The notes under the pieces are model-generated. The model worked only from the letters and a program-made list of their open reading frames with translations. It ran no database searches and was not told the DNA's origin. A stretch of DNA of 32,000 bases from Vibrio cholerae ATCC 14035 (GTDB lineage: Bacteria; Pseudomonadota; Gammaproteobacteria; Enterobacterales; Vibrionaceae), in contig NZ_JHXR01000002.1 of assembly GCF_000621645.1 (NCBI RefSeq), positions 180,001-212,000 on the forward strand, written 5' to 3'. Of this stretch, positions 17,539-27,390 are shown piece after piece (within the stretch, counting starts at the first letter, position 1; every line of letters begins with the position of its first letter). The position numbers and the translations under genes were made by a program.

Positions 17539-20418
17539 ATGACCCCACCGATCGCCGATCGTCTCTATCAGCAGCTCGAACAAATTTTAGCGAGCCGAAT
17601 TGATCCGCAGCGCATCATTACTCAAGAAGCGAAACGGCTCGCCTACGGTACCGATGCCAGCTTTTATCGGTTGATCCCCAAGATCGTGTTACGCCTCAAA
17701 TCACTCGATGAAGTGATTTTTGCTATTCAGAGTTGCGGCCAACTGGGTATCCATTTTACTTTTCGCGCGGCAGGCACCAGCTTATCGGGTCAAGCCGTTT
17801 CCGACTCGGTACTCATCACCTTAACCGACGATTGGCGCGGGCATGAAGTGCAAAACCAAGGTTTGAAAATTCGCCTGCAACCGGGCGTGATTGGCGCCGA
17901 TGCCAACAAGTACCTTGCCCCGTTTCAGCGCAAAATCGGCCCCGATCCCGCCTCCATCAACACCTGTAAAATCGGTGGCATTGCCGCCAATAACGCCAGC
18001 GGCATGTGCTGCGGTACGGCGCAAAACTCGTATCGCACCGTTGATGGCATGCAAATTGTGTTTGCCGATGGTTATGTGCTCGATACACGCGATCCAGAGA
18101 GCGTGGCTCGTTTTAAACAAGAGCGAGCCGACTTGGTGGAAGGCATTCACGCGCTGTGCCAAGAGACCCTTGCCAATTCTGAACTCACCGAACGCATTCG
18201 CCACAAATACCGCCTAAAAAACACCACAGGTTATGCGCTGAACGCCTTGGTTGATTTCTCTGACCCAATCGAAGTGCTGACCCATTTGATGATTGGCTCA
18301 GAAGGCACACTCGGCTTTATCGCCGACATCACCTATCACACCGTGATTGAACACGCACACAAAGCCTCTACGCTACTGGTGTTTGCCGATATTGAACAAG
18401 CCAGCCAAGCCGTGACCACGCTTTCCAAAACGCCAGTGGCAGCGGTAGAAATGATGGATGGACGCGCGCTACGCTCGGTGGCCGACAAAAAAGGCATGCC
18501 CGAATTTATCGCCAAGCTCGATTTAGAAGCCGCGGCGCTGCTGATTGAATCCCACGCCAGTGACGCGCAAACCTTACACGCTCAGTGTGAGCAAGTGATG
18601 AGCGCGCTGCAACGCTACCACATTATTGAATCGGTTCCGTTTACTTCCGAGAGCAAAACCGTGGCGACCTTATGGGGTATTCGTAAAGGCATGTTCCCTG
18701 CGGTGGGAGCCGTGCGCGAAGTGGGTACTACGGTCATCATTGAAGATGTGGCCTTTCCGGTAGAAAAACTCGCGGCTGGCGTGCGTGATTTGCAAGCCCT
18801 GTTTGATAAATACCACTACAACGAAGCGATCATCTTTGGTCACGCCCTTGAAGGCAACCTGCACTTTGTGTTCACTCAAGGCTTTGATAAGCAAAGTGAA
18901 ATCGAACGTTACGGCGCGTTTATGGATGATGTAGCCGAACTGGTCGCCGTGAAATACCAAGGCTCACTGAAAGCCGAACACGGTACAGGACGCAACATGG
19001 CCCCTTACGTTGAGCTGGAATGGGGTAAAGAGGGCTACGCCTTGATGCAGAAAATCAAAGCGCTTTTTGATCCGAATCGCCTGCTTAACCCCGGCGTTAT
19101 CATCAACGAAGATAAGCATTCGCACATCAGCAATCTCAAACCTATGCCTGCGGCCGATAACTTGGTGGATCGCTGTATCGAATGTGGTTTCTGTGAGCCG
19201 GTCTGCCCATCACGCACCCTCACTTTGTCACCACGCCAACGCATTGTGTTGTACCGCGAATTGCAACGTCGCCGCGCAGCGGGTGAAAACGTGGCTTCCA
19301 GCGAGCTAGAGCAAGTGTTTGAATACCAAGGGTTAGATACCTGCGCCGCGACTGGATTGTGCGCCGAACGTTGCCCCGTCGGCATCAATACCGGCGATCT
19401 GGTCAAAAAACTGCGCATCGCCAAATACCAAAAATTCACCCCGATTGCGCGTTGGACAGCAGAGCACTTTAGCGCGACCACCACACTCGCTCGCGGCGGC
19501 TTAAAAGCCAACCAACTGGCGACCCAAGTGCTCGGAGAGAAATCGGTGGATTCCATGGTTAATGGGCTGCGCCGGATCAGCAAAGGCAAAACCCCTTTGT
19601 GGATGCCGGAAATGCCGCAAGCAAACACTCACTCGCTGGAACTCGCTGTCGAAAATCTGCCGCGCAGTGACAAAAAAGTGGTTTACCTGCCCTCTTGTGC
19701 CAGCCGCAACATGGGGCAACAAGCAAGCGCGACCGATCAACGCCCACTGACGGAAGTCACCCTCTCCCTGCTCAATAAAGCTGGTTTTGAGGTTATTTTG
19801 CCTGCAGAGCTCAGCAGCCAGTGCTGCGGTATGCCTTATGACAGCAAAGGGATGACTGAGATTGCGCAGAGCAAAGCCCAGCAGCTCGAACACGCTTTAT
19901 GGCAAGCTAGCCAAGAAGGGCGTTATCCGATCTTGATGGACACCAGCCCGTGCGCCAAACGCAGCATTGAGCAATTCACCAAACCGATGGAAATTCTGGA
20001 GCCAACGGGGTTGGTAAGTCGTTACTTACTGGATCACCTCACACTCGCGCCGAAGCAAGAAACCATCATGCTGCATATCACTTGCAGCTCGCGCCGCCTT
20101 GGCTTAGAAGGCGATATGCTGAAACTGGCCAAAGCCTGCGCCAGTGAGGTGATTGTGCCTGAGCACATTCAGTGCTGTGGCTGGGCGGGTGACAAAGGCT
20201 TTACTACGCCTGAGCTGAATGCCGCCGCTGTCCATTCGCTCAAAGAGCAAGTGCCAGCGCACTGCAGCCGTGGGTTTAGTAACAGCCGCACGTGTGAAAT
20301 CGGCTTATCACACCACAGCGGCATTCCTTATCAATCCATCTTGTATCTGGTGGATGAAGTCGCGAGACCAAGGTTGGCAACGCAAGAGAGTACAGAGCAG
20401 CCAAGCGAGTACGCATAA
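17539..20418 (+). CDS. FAD-binding / 4Fe-4S / CCG-domain oxidoreductase, probable respiratory D-lactate dehydrogenase (Dld-II / YdiJ-like)
   Basis: N-terminal FAD_binding_4-type region (FRAAGTSLSGQA). Two ferredoxin-type clusters (CIECGFCEPVCP, CAATGLCAERCP). Two cysteine-rich CCG motifs (QCCGMPYD, QCCGWAGD). It appears operonic with lldP-lldD. Confidence 0.8.
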   Translation: MTPPIADRLYQQLEQILASRIDPQRIITQEAKRLAYGTDASFYRLIPKIVLRLKSLDEVIFAIQSCGQLGIHFTFRAAGTSLSGQAVSDSVLITLTDDWRGHEVQNQGLKIRLQPGVIGADANKYLAPFQRKIGPDPASINTCKIGGIAANNASGMCCGTAQNSYRTVDGMQIVFADGYVLDTRDPESVARFKQERADLVEGIHALCQETLANSELTERIRHKYRLKNTTGYALNALVDFSDPIEVLTHLMIGSEGTLGFIADITYHTVIEHAHKASTLLVFADIEQASQAVTTLSKTPVAAVEMMDGRALRSVADKKGMPEFIAKLDLEAAALLIESHASDAQTLHAQCEQVMSALQRYHIIESVPFTSESKTVATLWGIRKGMFPAVGAVREVGTTVIIEDVAFPVEKLAAGVRDLQALFDKYHYNEAIIFGHALEGNLHFVFTQGFDKQSEIERYGAFMDDVAELVAVKYQGSLKAEHGTGRNMAPYVELEWGKEGYALMQKIKALFDPNRLLNPGVIINEDKHSHISNLKPMPAADNLVDRCIECGFCEPVCPSRTLTLSPRQRIVLYRELQRRRAAGENVASSELEQVFEYQGLDTCAATGLCAERCPVGINTGDLVKKLRIAKYQKFTPIARWTAEHFSATTTLARGGLKANQLATQVLGEKSVDSMVNGLRRISKGKTPLWMPEMPQANTHSLELAVENLPRSDKKVVYLPSCASRNMGQQASATDQRPLTEVTLSLLNKAGFEVILPAELSSQCCGMPYDSKGMTEIAQSKAQQLEHALWQASQEGRYPILMDTSPCAKRSIEQFTKPMEILEPTGLVSRYLLDHLTLAPKQETIMLHITCSSRRLGLEGDMLKLAKACASEVIVPEHIQCCGWAGDKGFTTPELNAAAVHSLKEQVPAHCSRGFSNSRTCEIGLSHHSGIPYQSILYLVDEVARPRLATQESTEQPSEYA

Positions 20419-20447
20419 AAAATACTTTTCCAAGCCGATAATTTGGG

Positions 20448-20477
20448 AAAAGAGAAGGGGCGCTTGCGCCCCTTCTC
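20448..20477. terminator. Shared hairpin terminator between convergent dld and ppsR
   Basis: Perfect 11-bp GC-rich stem gagaaggggcg/cgccccttctc with a 4-nt loop. The minus strand follows with UUUU (ppsR). The plus strand lacks a U-tract, so termination of dld is less certain. Confidence 0.7.
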
Positions 20478-20501
20478 AAAATTCCCTTATCAAAATAGAA
20501 A

Positions 20502-21335
20502 TTAGAATAAACGACGTTTTAAGCCTGTTCGTTCAAGGATCCGGGTGGAAATTTCCTCCACCGACAAAGAGGACGTATTGATGTACGAAATCGCCTCTCG
20601 GCGAAATAGCGCTTCCACGGTGGCAAGTTCCTGTTGGCACTGCTGGTTGCTGGCGTATTCGCTGCCGGCTAAGCGGTTTTCGCGAATTTCAGTCAAACGC
20701 TCCGCATTGATGGTAAGACCAAACAGTTTATGACGATGAAACTCAAACTCAGGCAACAGGCGCATCGCATGCATATCTTCGGCGATAAAGGGGTAGTTCA
20801 CCACGCGCAGGCCAAACTGCATCGCCATGTACAAACTGGTGGGCGTTTTTCCGCTGCGCGATACGCCAAGCAAAATGATGTCTGCGCGATCGAGGTCTTT
20901 AAGCGAAACGCCATCATCATGTGCCAAGGTGTATTCAATGGCAGCGATCCGGTCAAAATAGGTGTCCGAGTCCTTGCCGACACTGCGCGAGCGTTGCAAC
21001 TTAGGCGCAGGCTCCATCTCAATATCCAGACTCACCCGCTGCACTATGCTCTCCAACACATCGTAAAAATGCGCGGGCGCTTGCAGCAAACGGGTACGCA
21101 TTTCGGGGATCACCATGGAGAAAAACACCAAAGGTTTTACCCCGTGCAATTGATAAGAACGTTGGATCTGCTTGAGCAGTTCACTCAATTTTTCGTCACT
21201 TTCCACAAACGGAAAGGTTTTTTCATTGGGTTGCACAGCAAACTGACCCAGTACAACGTGCCCCAACGTTTCACAAGTGATGGCCGTTCCGTCAGAAACA
21301 TAGAACACATCACGGCGTTGCGATTCCATTTGCAT
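20502..21335 (-). CDS. ppsR: PEP synthase regulatory protein (pyruvate, water dikinase kinase/pyrophosphorylase)
   Basis: [25 protein letters not shown] matches E. coli PpsR/YdiA ([25 protein letters not shown]). P-loop [11 protein letters not shown]. It is divergent from ppsA, as in E. coli. Confidence 0.92.
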   Translation of the reverse strand: MQMESQRRDVFYVSDGTAITCETLGHVVLGQFAVQPNEKTFPFVESDEKLSELLKQIQRSYQLHGVKPLVFFSMVIPEMRTRLLQAPAHFYDVLESIVQRVSLDIEMEPAPKLQRSRSVGKDSDTYFDRIAAIEYTLAHDDGVSLKDLDRADIILLGVSRSGKTPTSLYMAMQFGLRVVNYPFIAEDMHAMRLLPEFEFHRHKLFGLTINAERLTEIRENRLAGSEYASNQQCQQELATVEALFRREAISYINTSSLSVEEISTRILERTGLKRRLF

Positions 21336-21461
21336 CTTCTATTTAATCTTTCAAAAATTTTTGATTAGGATAAGCACCATAATACGCATAATAAAACCCG
21401 GCATTCCAGCGCCTCTCCCACAGCTTTGAAAATTCCTTCGCGAATTTTTTTGCCAAGAGAA

Positions 21462-21473
21462 GCAAACGATTGC
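21462..21473. promoter_or_regulatory. LacI-family-type imperfect palindrome upstream of ppsA (candidate operator)
   Basis: The sequence gcaaacgattgc has a central CG and fits the generic LacI-family pattern (nnAAnCGnTTnn). It differs by one base from the PurR-like core GCAAACGTTTGC. It lies 36 bp upstream of the ppsA ATG. Confidence 0.25.
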
Positions 21474-21508
21474 CAACCCTACAAGCTGCAATGTTTCTGG
21501 AGAAAGAC

Positions 21509-23881
21509 ATGCAAAAGAACACCCTCTGGTTTGATAGCCTATCCATGCAAGATGTGGATAAAGTCGGCGGGAAAAATGCCTCGCTCGGCGAAATGGTTTC
21601 TAACCTTGCCAACGCTGGCGTTTCCGTGCCCAATGGCTTTGCCACCACCGCGTATGCCTTCAACCAATTCCTCGATTTTGAAGGACTCGATGAACGCATT
21701 CACCAATTGCTCGACGAGTTGGATGTTGACGATGTCGACGCGCTGCGTAAAACCGGTGCCACGATTCGTCAATGGATTTTACAAGCCCCCTTCCCAGCCG
21801 AGCTGGAACAAGAGATCCGCACCAATTACAACCAACTGATTGATGGCAACAGCGAATTGTCGGTTGCGGTGCGCTCATCCGCCACTGCAGAGGACTTGCC
21901 TGATGCCTCGTTTGCGGGTCAGCAAGAGACGTTTCTTAACGTCAAAGGCATTGATGCCGTACTGGAAGCGACCAAGCATGTATACGCTTCACTGTTTAAC
22001 GATCGCGCTATTTCTTATCGTGTTCACCAAGGTTTCGACCATCGCGGCATTGCGCTCTCGGCAGGCATTCAGCGCATGGTACGTTCGGATAAAGCGGCCT
22101 CTGGCGTGATGTTTACGCTCGATACCGAATCTGGCTTCGACAAAGTGGTATTTATCACTGCAGCTTGGGGCTTAGGTGAAATGGTGGTACAAGGCGCGGT
22201 TAACCCAGATGAGTTTTACGTGCACAAGCCGCTGCTCGAAGCGGGCTATCCTGCGATTGTCAAAAAGACGTTTGGCTCCAAGCTGAGCAAAATGATCTAC
22301 GCCAACAGCCAAGTGATTGGCAAGCAAGTGGAAGTCGTCGATACCTCCGCACACGAGCGTAACCAGTTCTCACTGACCGATGCCGAAATCCAAGAGCTGG
22401 CTAAACAAGCGTTGATCATTGAAAAGCACTACCAACGTCCGATGGATATTGAGTGGGCGAAAGATGGCATCGACGGCAAGCTCTACATAGTTCAAGCTCG
22501 CCCAGAAACCGTCTGTTCACAGAGCGAACAGAACGTGATTGAGCGCTATGAGCTGAGCCATAAGGCCTCTGTGCTACTCGAAGGCCGCGCGATTGGTCAG
22601 CGCATTGGCAGCGGTACCGTACGTTTGGTCGATTCTCTGGATCAAATGTCGCTCGTGCAGCAAGGCGATGTACTCGTCACCGATATGACGGACCCCGATT
22701 GGGAACCAGTGATGAAGAAAGCAGCCGCGATTGTTACTAACCGTGGCGGACGGACTTGTCACGCGGCGATCATCGCTCGTGAATTGGGAATTCCTGCGAT
22801 TGTCGGTTGTGGTGATGCCACGCGTCGCCTGAGCGATGGCGCGCAAGTCACCGTTTCCTGCGCAGAAGGGGAAACCGGTTATGTGTATGCAGGCCAGTTG
22901 GATTTCGCGGTGCGCCGCTCTTCAGTAGATGAGCTGCCGATGCTGCCCACCAAAGTGATGATGAACGTAGGTAACCCCGATCGCGCCTTTGATTTCGCGC
23001 AGATCCCGAACGAAGGCGTGGGGCTGGCTCGCTTAGAGTTCATCATCAATAAGATGATTGGTATCCACCCAAAAGCGCTGCTCAATTTCGATACGCAAAG
23101 TGCCGAATTGCAAACGCAGATCCTTGATCGCATTCGCGGCTATCGTGACCCAATCGATTTCTACGTCAGCAAGCTGACCGAAGGGATCGCCACCATCGCG
23201 GCAGCATTCTGGCCAAAACGCGTGATTGTGCGTATGTCCGATTTCAAATCGAATGAGTACAGCAACTTACTGGGCGGCAGTGAGTTCGAACCCCACGAAG
23301 AGAACCCGATGCTTGGTTTCCGTGGTGCATCGCGTTACATCTCTCCGGTGTTTGAAGACTGTTTTGAGCTGGAGACGCAAGCCATCAAACGTGTCCGCCA
23401 TGAAATGGGGTTGAAAAACGTCGAAGTGATGATCCCATTTGTGCGCACCACAGGTGAAGCCGAAGCGGTGATCGATCTGCTCGCGAAATTTGGTTTACGC
23501 CGTGGCGAACAAGGTTTGAAAGTGATCATGATGTGCGAGCTGCCTTCCAACGCAGTTCTCGCCGATGAGTTTTTGAAATTCTTTGATGGTTTCTCCATCG
23601 GATCGAACGATATGACTCAGCTCACTTTAGGACTGGATCGTGATTCTGGCGATGTAGCTCATCTGTTTGATGAACGCAATCCTGCGGTAAAAATCATGCT
23701 GAAAATGGCGATTGATGCGGCAACGCGCGCTGGAAAATACGTGGGTATTTGTGGTCAGGGGCCATCGGATCACGATGACCTTGCACAGTGGCTCATGGAA
23801 CAAGGTATCAGCTCTGTTTCTCTCAACCCAGACACGGTAATTGATACTTGGCTGAAGCTGGGCGCTGTGTCTAAATGTTAA
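21509..23881 (+). CDS. ppsA: Phosphoenolpyruvate synthase (pyruvate, water dikinase)
   Basis: The 790-aa product has the N-terminus [24 protein letters not shown], the phospho-histidine motif [18 protein letters not shown] and a PEP-utilising C-terminal domain. I chose the start at 21509 (SD ggag) rather than 21470. Confidence 0.95.
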   Translation: MQKNTLWFDSLSMQDVDKVGGKNASLGEMVSNLANAGVSVPNGFATTAYAFNQFLDFEGLDERIHQLLDELDVDDVDALRKTGATIRQWILQAPFPAELEQEIRTNYNQLIDGNSELSVAVRSSATAEDLPDASFAGQQETFLNVKGIDAVLEATKHVYASLFNDRAISYRVHQGFDHRGIALSAGIQRMVRSDKAASGVMFTLDTESGFDKVVFITAAWGLGEMVVQGAVNPDEFYVHKPLLEAGYPAIVKKTFGSKLSKMIYANSQVIGKQVEVVDTSAHERNQFSLTDAEIQELAKQALIIEKHYQRPMDIEWAKDGIDGKLYIVQARPETVCSQSEQNVIERYELSHKASVLLEGRAIGQRIGSGTVRLVDSLDQMSLVQQGDVLVTDMTDPDWEPVMKKAAAIVTNRGGRTCHAAIIARELGIPAIVGCGDATRRLSDGAQVTVSCAEGETGYVYAGQLDFAVRRSSVDELPMLPTKVMMNVGNPDRAFDFAQIPNEGVGLARLEFIINKMIGIHPKALLNFDTQSAELQTQILDRIRGYRDPIDFYVSKLTEGIATIAAAFWPKRVIVRMSDFKSNEYSNLLGGSEFEPHEENPMLGFRGASRYISPVFEDCFELETQAIKRVRHEMGLKNVEVMIPFVRTTGEAEAVIDLLAKFGLRRGEQGLKVIMMCELPSNAVLADEFLKFFDGFSIGSNDMTQLTLGLDRDSGDVAHLFDERNPAVKIMLKMAIDAATRAGKYVGICGQGPSDHDDLAQWLMEQGISSVSLNPDTVIDTWLKLGAVSKC

Positions 23882-23904
23882 CCTAAGGCATACCAAACCT
23901 ACTT

Positions 23905-23938
23905 GAAGAGAGGCAGAGTTTTTACTCTGCCTCTCTTC
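23905..23938 (+). terminator. Strong hairpin downstream of ppsA (probable terminator, weak U-tract)
   Basis: Perfect 15-bp stem gaagagaggcagagt/actctgcctctcttc with loop tttt, 24 nt after the ppsA stop. The following sequence acataaaattt is only partly U-rich. Confidence 0.6.
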
Positions 23939-24063
23939 ACATAAAATTTCGCTTTCCTCACTTGCTTCGCGACATAACCCCACCTATACGTTAAAGACAA
24001 CGATAATCACAATCACAACGCACAGCATTTGGCGCAACAGGAACTATTGAATGGAGCTCTTTT

Positions 24064-25620
24064 ATGCGCAATAACCAACCTGTTACTCAAAAGGAAGTCA
24101 CCTATCCACCTCACTTCAATCTTCTTTCGACCACCACTCTCAGCAGTCATATCAAATACGCCAGTAAAGAGTTTTGTGATGTCGCCGGTTACACGCTTGA
24201 TGAGCTCGTAAACCAACCACATAACATGGTTCGTCACCCCGATATGCCGCCTGAAGCGTTTAAAGACATGTGGGAACACCTCAAAGCGGGCAAATCTTGG
24301 ATGGGAATGGTGAAGAATCGCTGCAAAAATGGCGACCATTATTGGGTGGATGCCTTTGCTTCACCGATTAAAGAAAATGGCAAGGTAGTGGAATACCAGT
24401 CGGTTCGTTTATGTCCGAGTCGGCAGCATGTCGATAATGCGGATAAGCTCTACAAAGAGATCAAAGCAGGCAAAACACCTTGGCAGTTAAAAATGCCACG
24501 CACTCGCCTATGGCAGCGTTTAGGGCTCGGTTTTATCGTAGCGGCAGGCGTCAGTTTTGCGGCGGATCGATTCTTCGCTGGTGCAGGTTTACCATTGATG
24601 CTTGTGTTAACCATCCTCATGGCCTATCAATTTACTCGCCGCTTAGAAACCCTTTCACAAGAAGCGCGCAAAGTCTTCGATAACCCACTGATGGAACTGG
24701 TTTACAACGGTCGAGTCGATGATTTATCTGAGATCCAACTCGCGATGAAAATGCGCCAATCCGAACTCAATGCAGTAGTAGGTCGTATTCAAGATTCCAG
24801 CATTCAAATTGGTGAGGCAGCCAAAATGTCGTCCCAAAACAGTGCAACGACAGCAGATAATCTTGATGCTCAAACTCGCGAGACCGAGCAGTTAGCCACC
24901 GCGATCACTCAGATGAATATCACCGCCACTGAGATTGCGCACAATGCACAAGCCGCCTCGGATGCCACTGTCCATGCAAAAAATGCCGCTCGAGACGGGA
25001 TGCATGCGGTCGAGCAAACCGTCGATGCGATAGGTGAAATGGCAAGCCAGATGAAAACTGCGTCTTCTGTGATTGAGCAGCTCTCTTCACAAAGTGCGAT
25101 GATTGGTCAAGTCATGGAAGTGATTCAGAGTATTGCTGAGCAAACCAACTTGTTAGCACTGAATGCGGCCATTGAAGCGGCGCGTGCTGGCGATCAAGGA
25201 CGCGGTTTTGCTGTGGTTGCCGATGAAGTTCGTAAACTCGCTCAGCGCAGCACCGAATCGACGAAAGAGATCCAAGAAGTCATCACCTCAATTCAAACCA
25301 GTACCCGCAATGCTGTAGAGACGATTGAGCAAGGTAATAAGCTCTCTGTATCTTGTGTAGACAACGCACATTTATCAGGAGACAAGCTGACAGCTCTACT
25401 CTCACAAGTTTCAGATATTACGATGCGTAATGAGCAAATCGCGACCGCCATCGAAGAAATGGCCAATGTAACGGAAGATATGAACCGTAGTGTGCAATCC
25501 ATCAGCGATGTCTCAACGGAAACTCTAGGATTAGCCGAAAACACCCAAAATGAGTGTCGTCAATTGGCACACAACCTTGCCCAGCAAACCAGCTTGGTTG
25601 CACAGTTCCGCCGAGTATAA
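24064..25620 (+). CDS. aer: Aer-type aerotaxis/energy-taxis receptor (PAS-FAD MCP without a periplasmic domain)
   Basis: The N-terminal PAS region ...[54 protein letters not shown] is nearly collinear with E. coli Aer ([29 protein letters not shown]...[13 protein letters not shown]). It also has a membrane hairpin, a HAMP region and the MCP hairpin [36 protein letters not shown]. Confidence 0.88.
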   Translation: MRNNQPVTQKEVTYPPHFNLLSTTTLSSHIKYASKEFCDVAGYTLDELVNQPHNMVRHPDMPPEAFKDMWEHLKAGKSWMGMVKNRCKNGDHYWVDAFASPIKENGKVVEYQSVRLCPSRQHVDNADKLYKEIKAGKTPWQLKMPRTRLWQRLGLGFIVAAGVSFAADRFFAGAGLPLMLVLTILMAYQFTRRLETLSQEARKVFDNPLMELVYNGRVDDLSEIQLAMKMRQSELNAVVGRIQDSSIQIGEAAKMSSQNSATTADNLDAQTRETEQLATAITQMNITATEIAHNAQAASDATVHAKNAARDGMHAVEQTVDAIGEMASQMKTASSVIEQLSSQSAMIGQVMEVIQSIAEQTNLLALNAAIEAARAGDQGRGFAVVADEVRKLAQRSTESTKEIQEVITSIQTSTRNAVETIEQGNKLSVSCVDNAHLSGDKLTALLSQVSDITMRNEQIATAIEEMANVTEDMNRSVQSISDVSTETLGLAENTQNECRQLAHNLAQQTSLVAQFRRV

Positions 25621-25711
25621 ACAAAGCGCAAGAGCTGTTTAATCCGCTCGCTGGGTAGACTCAAACGGCTTGGTATTACAGCCTCAAGTCAGAAGGGTAT
25701 GTAAGTGATAG

Positions 25712-25748
25712 AAAAACTCGCCCCAAGATCGCTTGGGGCGAGTTTTTT
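25712..25748 (+). terminator. Rho-independent terminator of the aer-like gene
   Basis: The sequence aaaaa-ctcgccccaag-atcg-cttggggcgag-tttttt forms a perfect 11-bp GC-rich stem followed by T6. Confidence 0.85.
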
Positions 25749-25840
25749 AAACGCGAGCTCTCTTGATGAAAACGTAACATTTCCGTGACAATTGCACTTT
25801 CCTTCTTGTGAAAAGCCATTTCACCCCAACATAAGGTCTA

Positions 25841-25957
25841 TGCCCAAACGACTTGGAGTTGCAGGTAGACGGTCAGTGAGCTCATCCCTATGAGCATAGA
25901 AACACTCTATGCTTGAGGTGTACTCAGGTAACCACTGCGGCTCCACAAATAAGGGGG
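25841..25957 (+). repeat. ERIC/IRU-like intergenic repeat (near full length)
   Basis: The left end tgcccaaacgacttggagttgcaggtagacggtcagtgagctcatccctatgagcatag...ctatgcttgaggtg... and the right end ctgcggctccacaaataaggggga align with the copy at 1081-1206 in the same orientation. The element ends ~27 bp before the MATE ATG. Confidence 0.7.
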
Positions 25958-25983
25958 ATTCTCCCCATTAAGTGCGAGTGTAT

Positions 25984-27312
25984 ATGCAAACTTCAACGTC
26001 TTCTTTAGCCAAGCAGTTATTTCAGATGACTTGGCCTATGCTGTTTGGCGTCCTGTCACTGATGAGCTTTCAGCTAGTTGACAGCGCTTTTATCGGCCAG
26101 CTCGGGGTTCTACCTCTTGCAGCTCAAGGCTTTACCATGCCGATTCAGATGGTGATCATCGGTATTCAAGTCGGTTTAGGTATCGCCACTACAGCGGTGA
26201 TTTCTCGAGCCATCGGTGCAGGAAAAACCGAATACGCTAAACAGTTAGGCGGTTTGGTGATCGTTATCGGTGGTATTGGCGTAGCGCTGATAGCCCTTGT
26301 GCTTTACCTATTACGCCAACCTTTGCTTGGCCTGCTCGGCGCACCGGAAACCGTCTTTGCCATCATAGATCACTACTGGCTCTGGTGGCTTGCCAGTGCA
26401 TGGACAGGCGCTATGCTCTACTTCTATTACAGTGTCTGCCGCGCCAATGGCAATACTCTACTGCCAGGCACTTTGATGATGGTGACCAGTGTGCTCAACC
26501 TCATCCTCGACCCGATTTTTATCTTTACCTTCGACCTTGGGATTGATGGTGCAGCGATCGCGACCATTATTGCTTTTGGTGTCGGTATCGCTATCGTCGC
26601 ACCTAAGGTTGCCCAGCGCCAATGGACGAGTTATCAGTGGCAAGACCTCAATATCTCGCAAAGCCTCACTGCGCTTGGCCATATCATGGGGCCGGCGATG
26701 TTAAGCCAACTGTTACCCCCGCTCTCTTCGATGTTTGCCACCAAATTACTGGCAAGTTTTGGTACTGCCGCCGTCGCCGCATGGGCACTTGGCTCACGCT
26801 TTGAGTTTTTCGCCTTAGTGGCCGTGTTAGCTATGACCATGTCACTGCCGCCTATGATTGGTCGCATGTTAGGGGCTAAAGAGATCACCCACATTCGGCA
26901 ATTGGTACGGATCGCCTGTCAATTTGTGTTAGGTTTTCAACTGCTGATCGCTCTGGTGACGTATGTTTTTGCCACACCGTTAGCTGAGCTGATGACCAGC
27001 GAAACCGAAGTGAGCCAAATACTGAATTTACACTTAGTGATTGTCCCGATAAGCCTCGGCGCACTCGGGATCTGTATGTTGATGGTATCCGTCGCTAACG
27101 CGCTTGGGAAGTCTTACGTGGCTCTGACTATTTCAGCGCTGCGCTTATTTGCTTTTTACTTACCTTGTTTGTGGCTCGGTGCCCATTTCTACGGGATCGA
27201 GGGGCTTTTTATTGGTGCGTTAGTCGGCAATATTATTGCTGGTTGGGCAGCATGGCTCGCTTATCAAAAAGCTTTACGTCAGCTCGAAGGAGCGCATCAC
27301 ACCTCCGCTTAG
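25984..27312 (+). CDS. MATE-family efflux transporter
   Basis: 442 aa with about 12 hydrophobic segments and a MATE-type N-terminus (LAKQLFQMTWPMLFGVLSLMSFQLVDSAFIGQLG). I prefer the ATG at 25984 to the GTG at 25972 used by the ORF track. Confidence 0.85.
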   Translation: MQTSTSSLAKQLFQMTWPMLFGVLSLMSFQLVDSAFIGQLGVLPLAAQGFTMPIQMVIIGIQVGLGIATTAVISRAIGAGKTEYAKQLGGLVIVIGGIGVALIALVLYLLRQPLLGLLGAPETVFAIIDHYWLWWLASAWTGAMLYFYYSVCRANGNTLLPGTLMMVTSVLNLILDPIFIFTFDLGIDGAAIATIIAFGVGIAIVAPKVAQRQWTSYQWQDLNISQSLTALGHIMGPAMLSQLLPPLSSMFATKLLASFGTAAVAAWALGSRFEFFALVAVLAMTMSLPPMIGRMLGAKEITHIRQLVRIACQFVLGFQLLIALVTYVFATPLAELMTSETEVSQILNLHLVIVPISLGALGICMLMVSVANALGKSYVALTISALRLFAFYLPCLWLGAHFYGIEGLFIGALVGNIIAGWAAWLAYQKALRQLEGAHHTSA

Positions 27313-27329
27313 GTTTAATGTGTAAAAAA

Positions 27330-27352
27330 CTGCCTTCTAAGAAGGCAGTTTT
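27330..27352. terminator. Bidirectional terminator between the convergent MATE and helicase genes
   Basis: The sequence aaaaaa-ctgccttc-taa-gaaggcag-tttt forms an 8-bp stem flanked by an A-run and a T-run. Confidence 0.8.
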
Positions 27353-27390
27353 AATATCAATTCCCTACCAATATTGCCTACTCGATTGAC

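Noticed and set aside
20730-21368. 212-aa ORF antisense to ppsR.
   Set aside because: It covers almost exactly the ppsR coding region on the opposite strand. Its His/Arg/Gln-rich sequence looks like nonsense, with no motif or SD. The ppsR identity is secure.
23941-24063. Possible sigma-28 (FliA) promoter upstream of the aer-like gene, because of TAAAG and CGATAA motifs.
   Set aside because: The two motifs are adjacent (taaagacaacgataa). They are not separated by the ~15-bp spacer required by the TAAAG-N15-GCCGATAA consensus, so this is not a credible FliA promoter.
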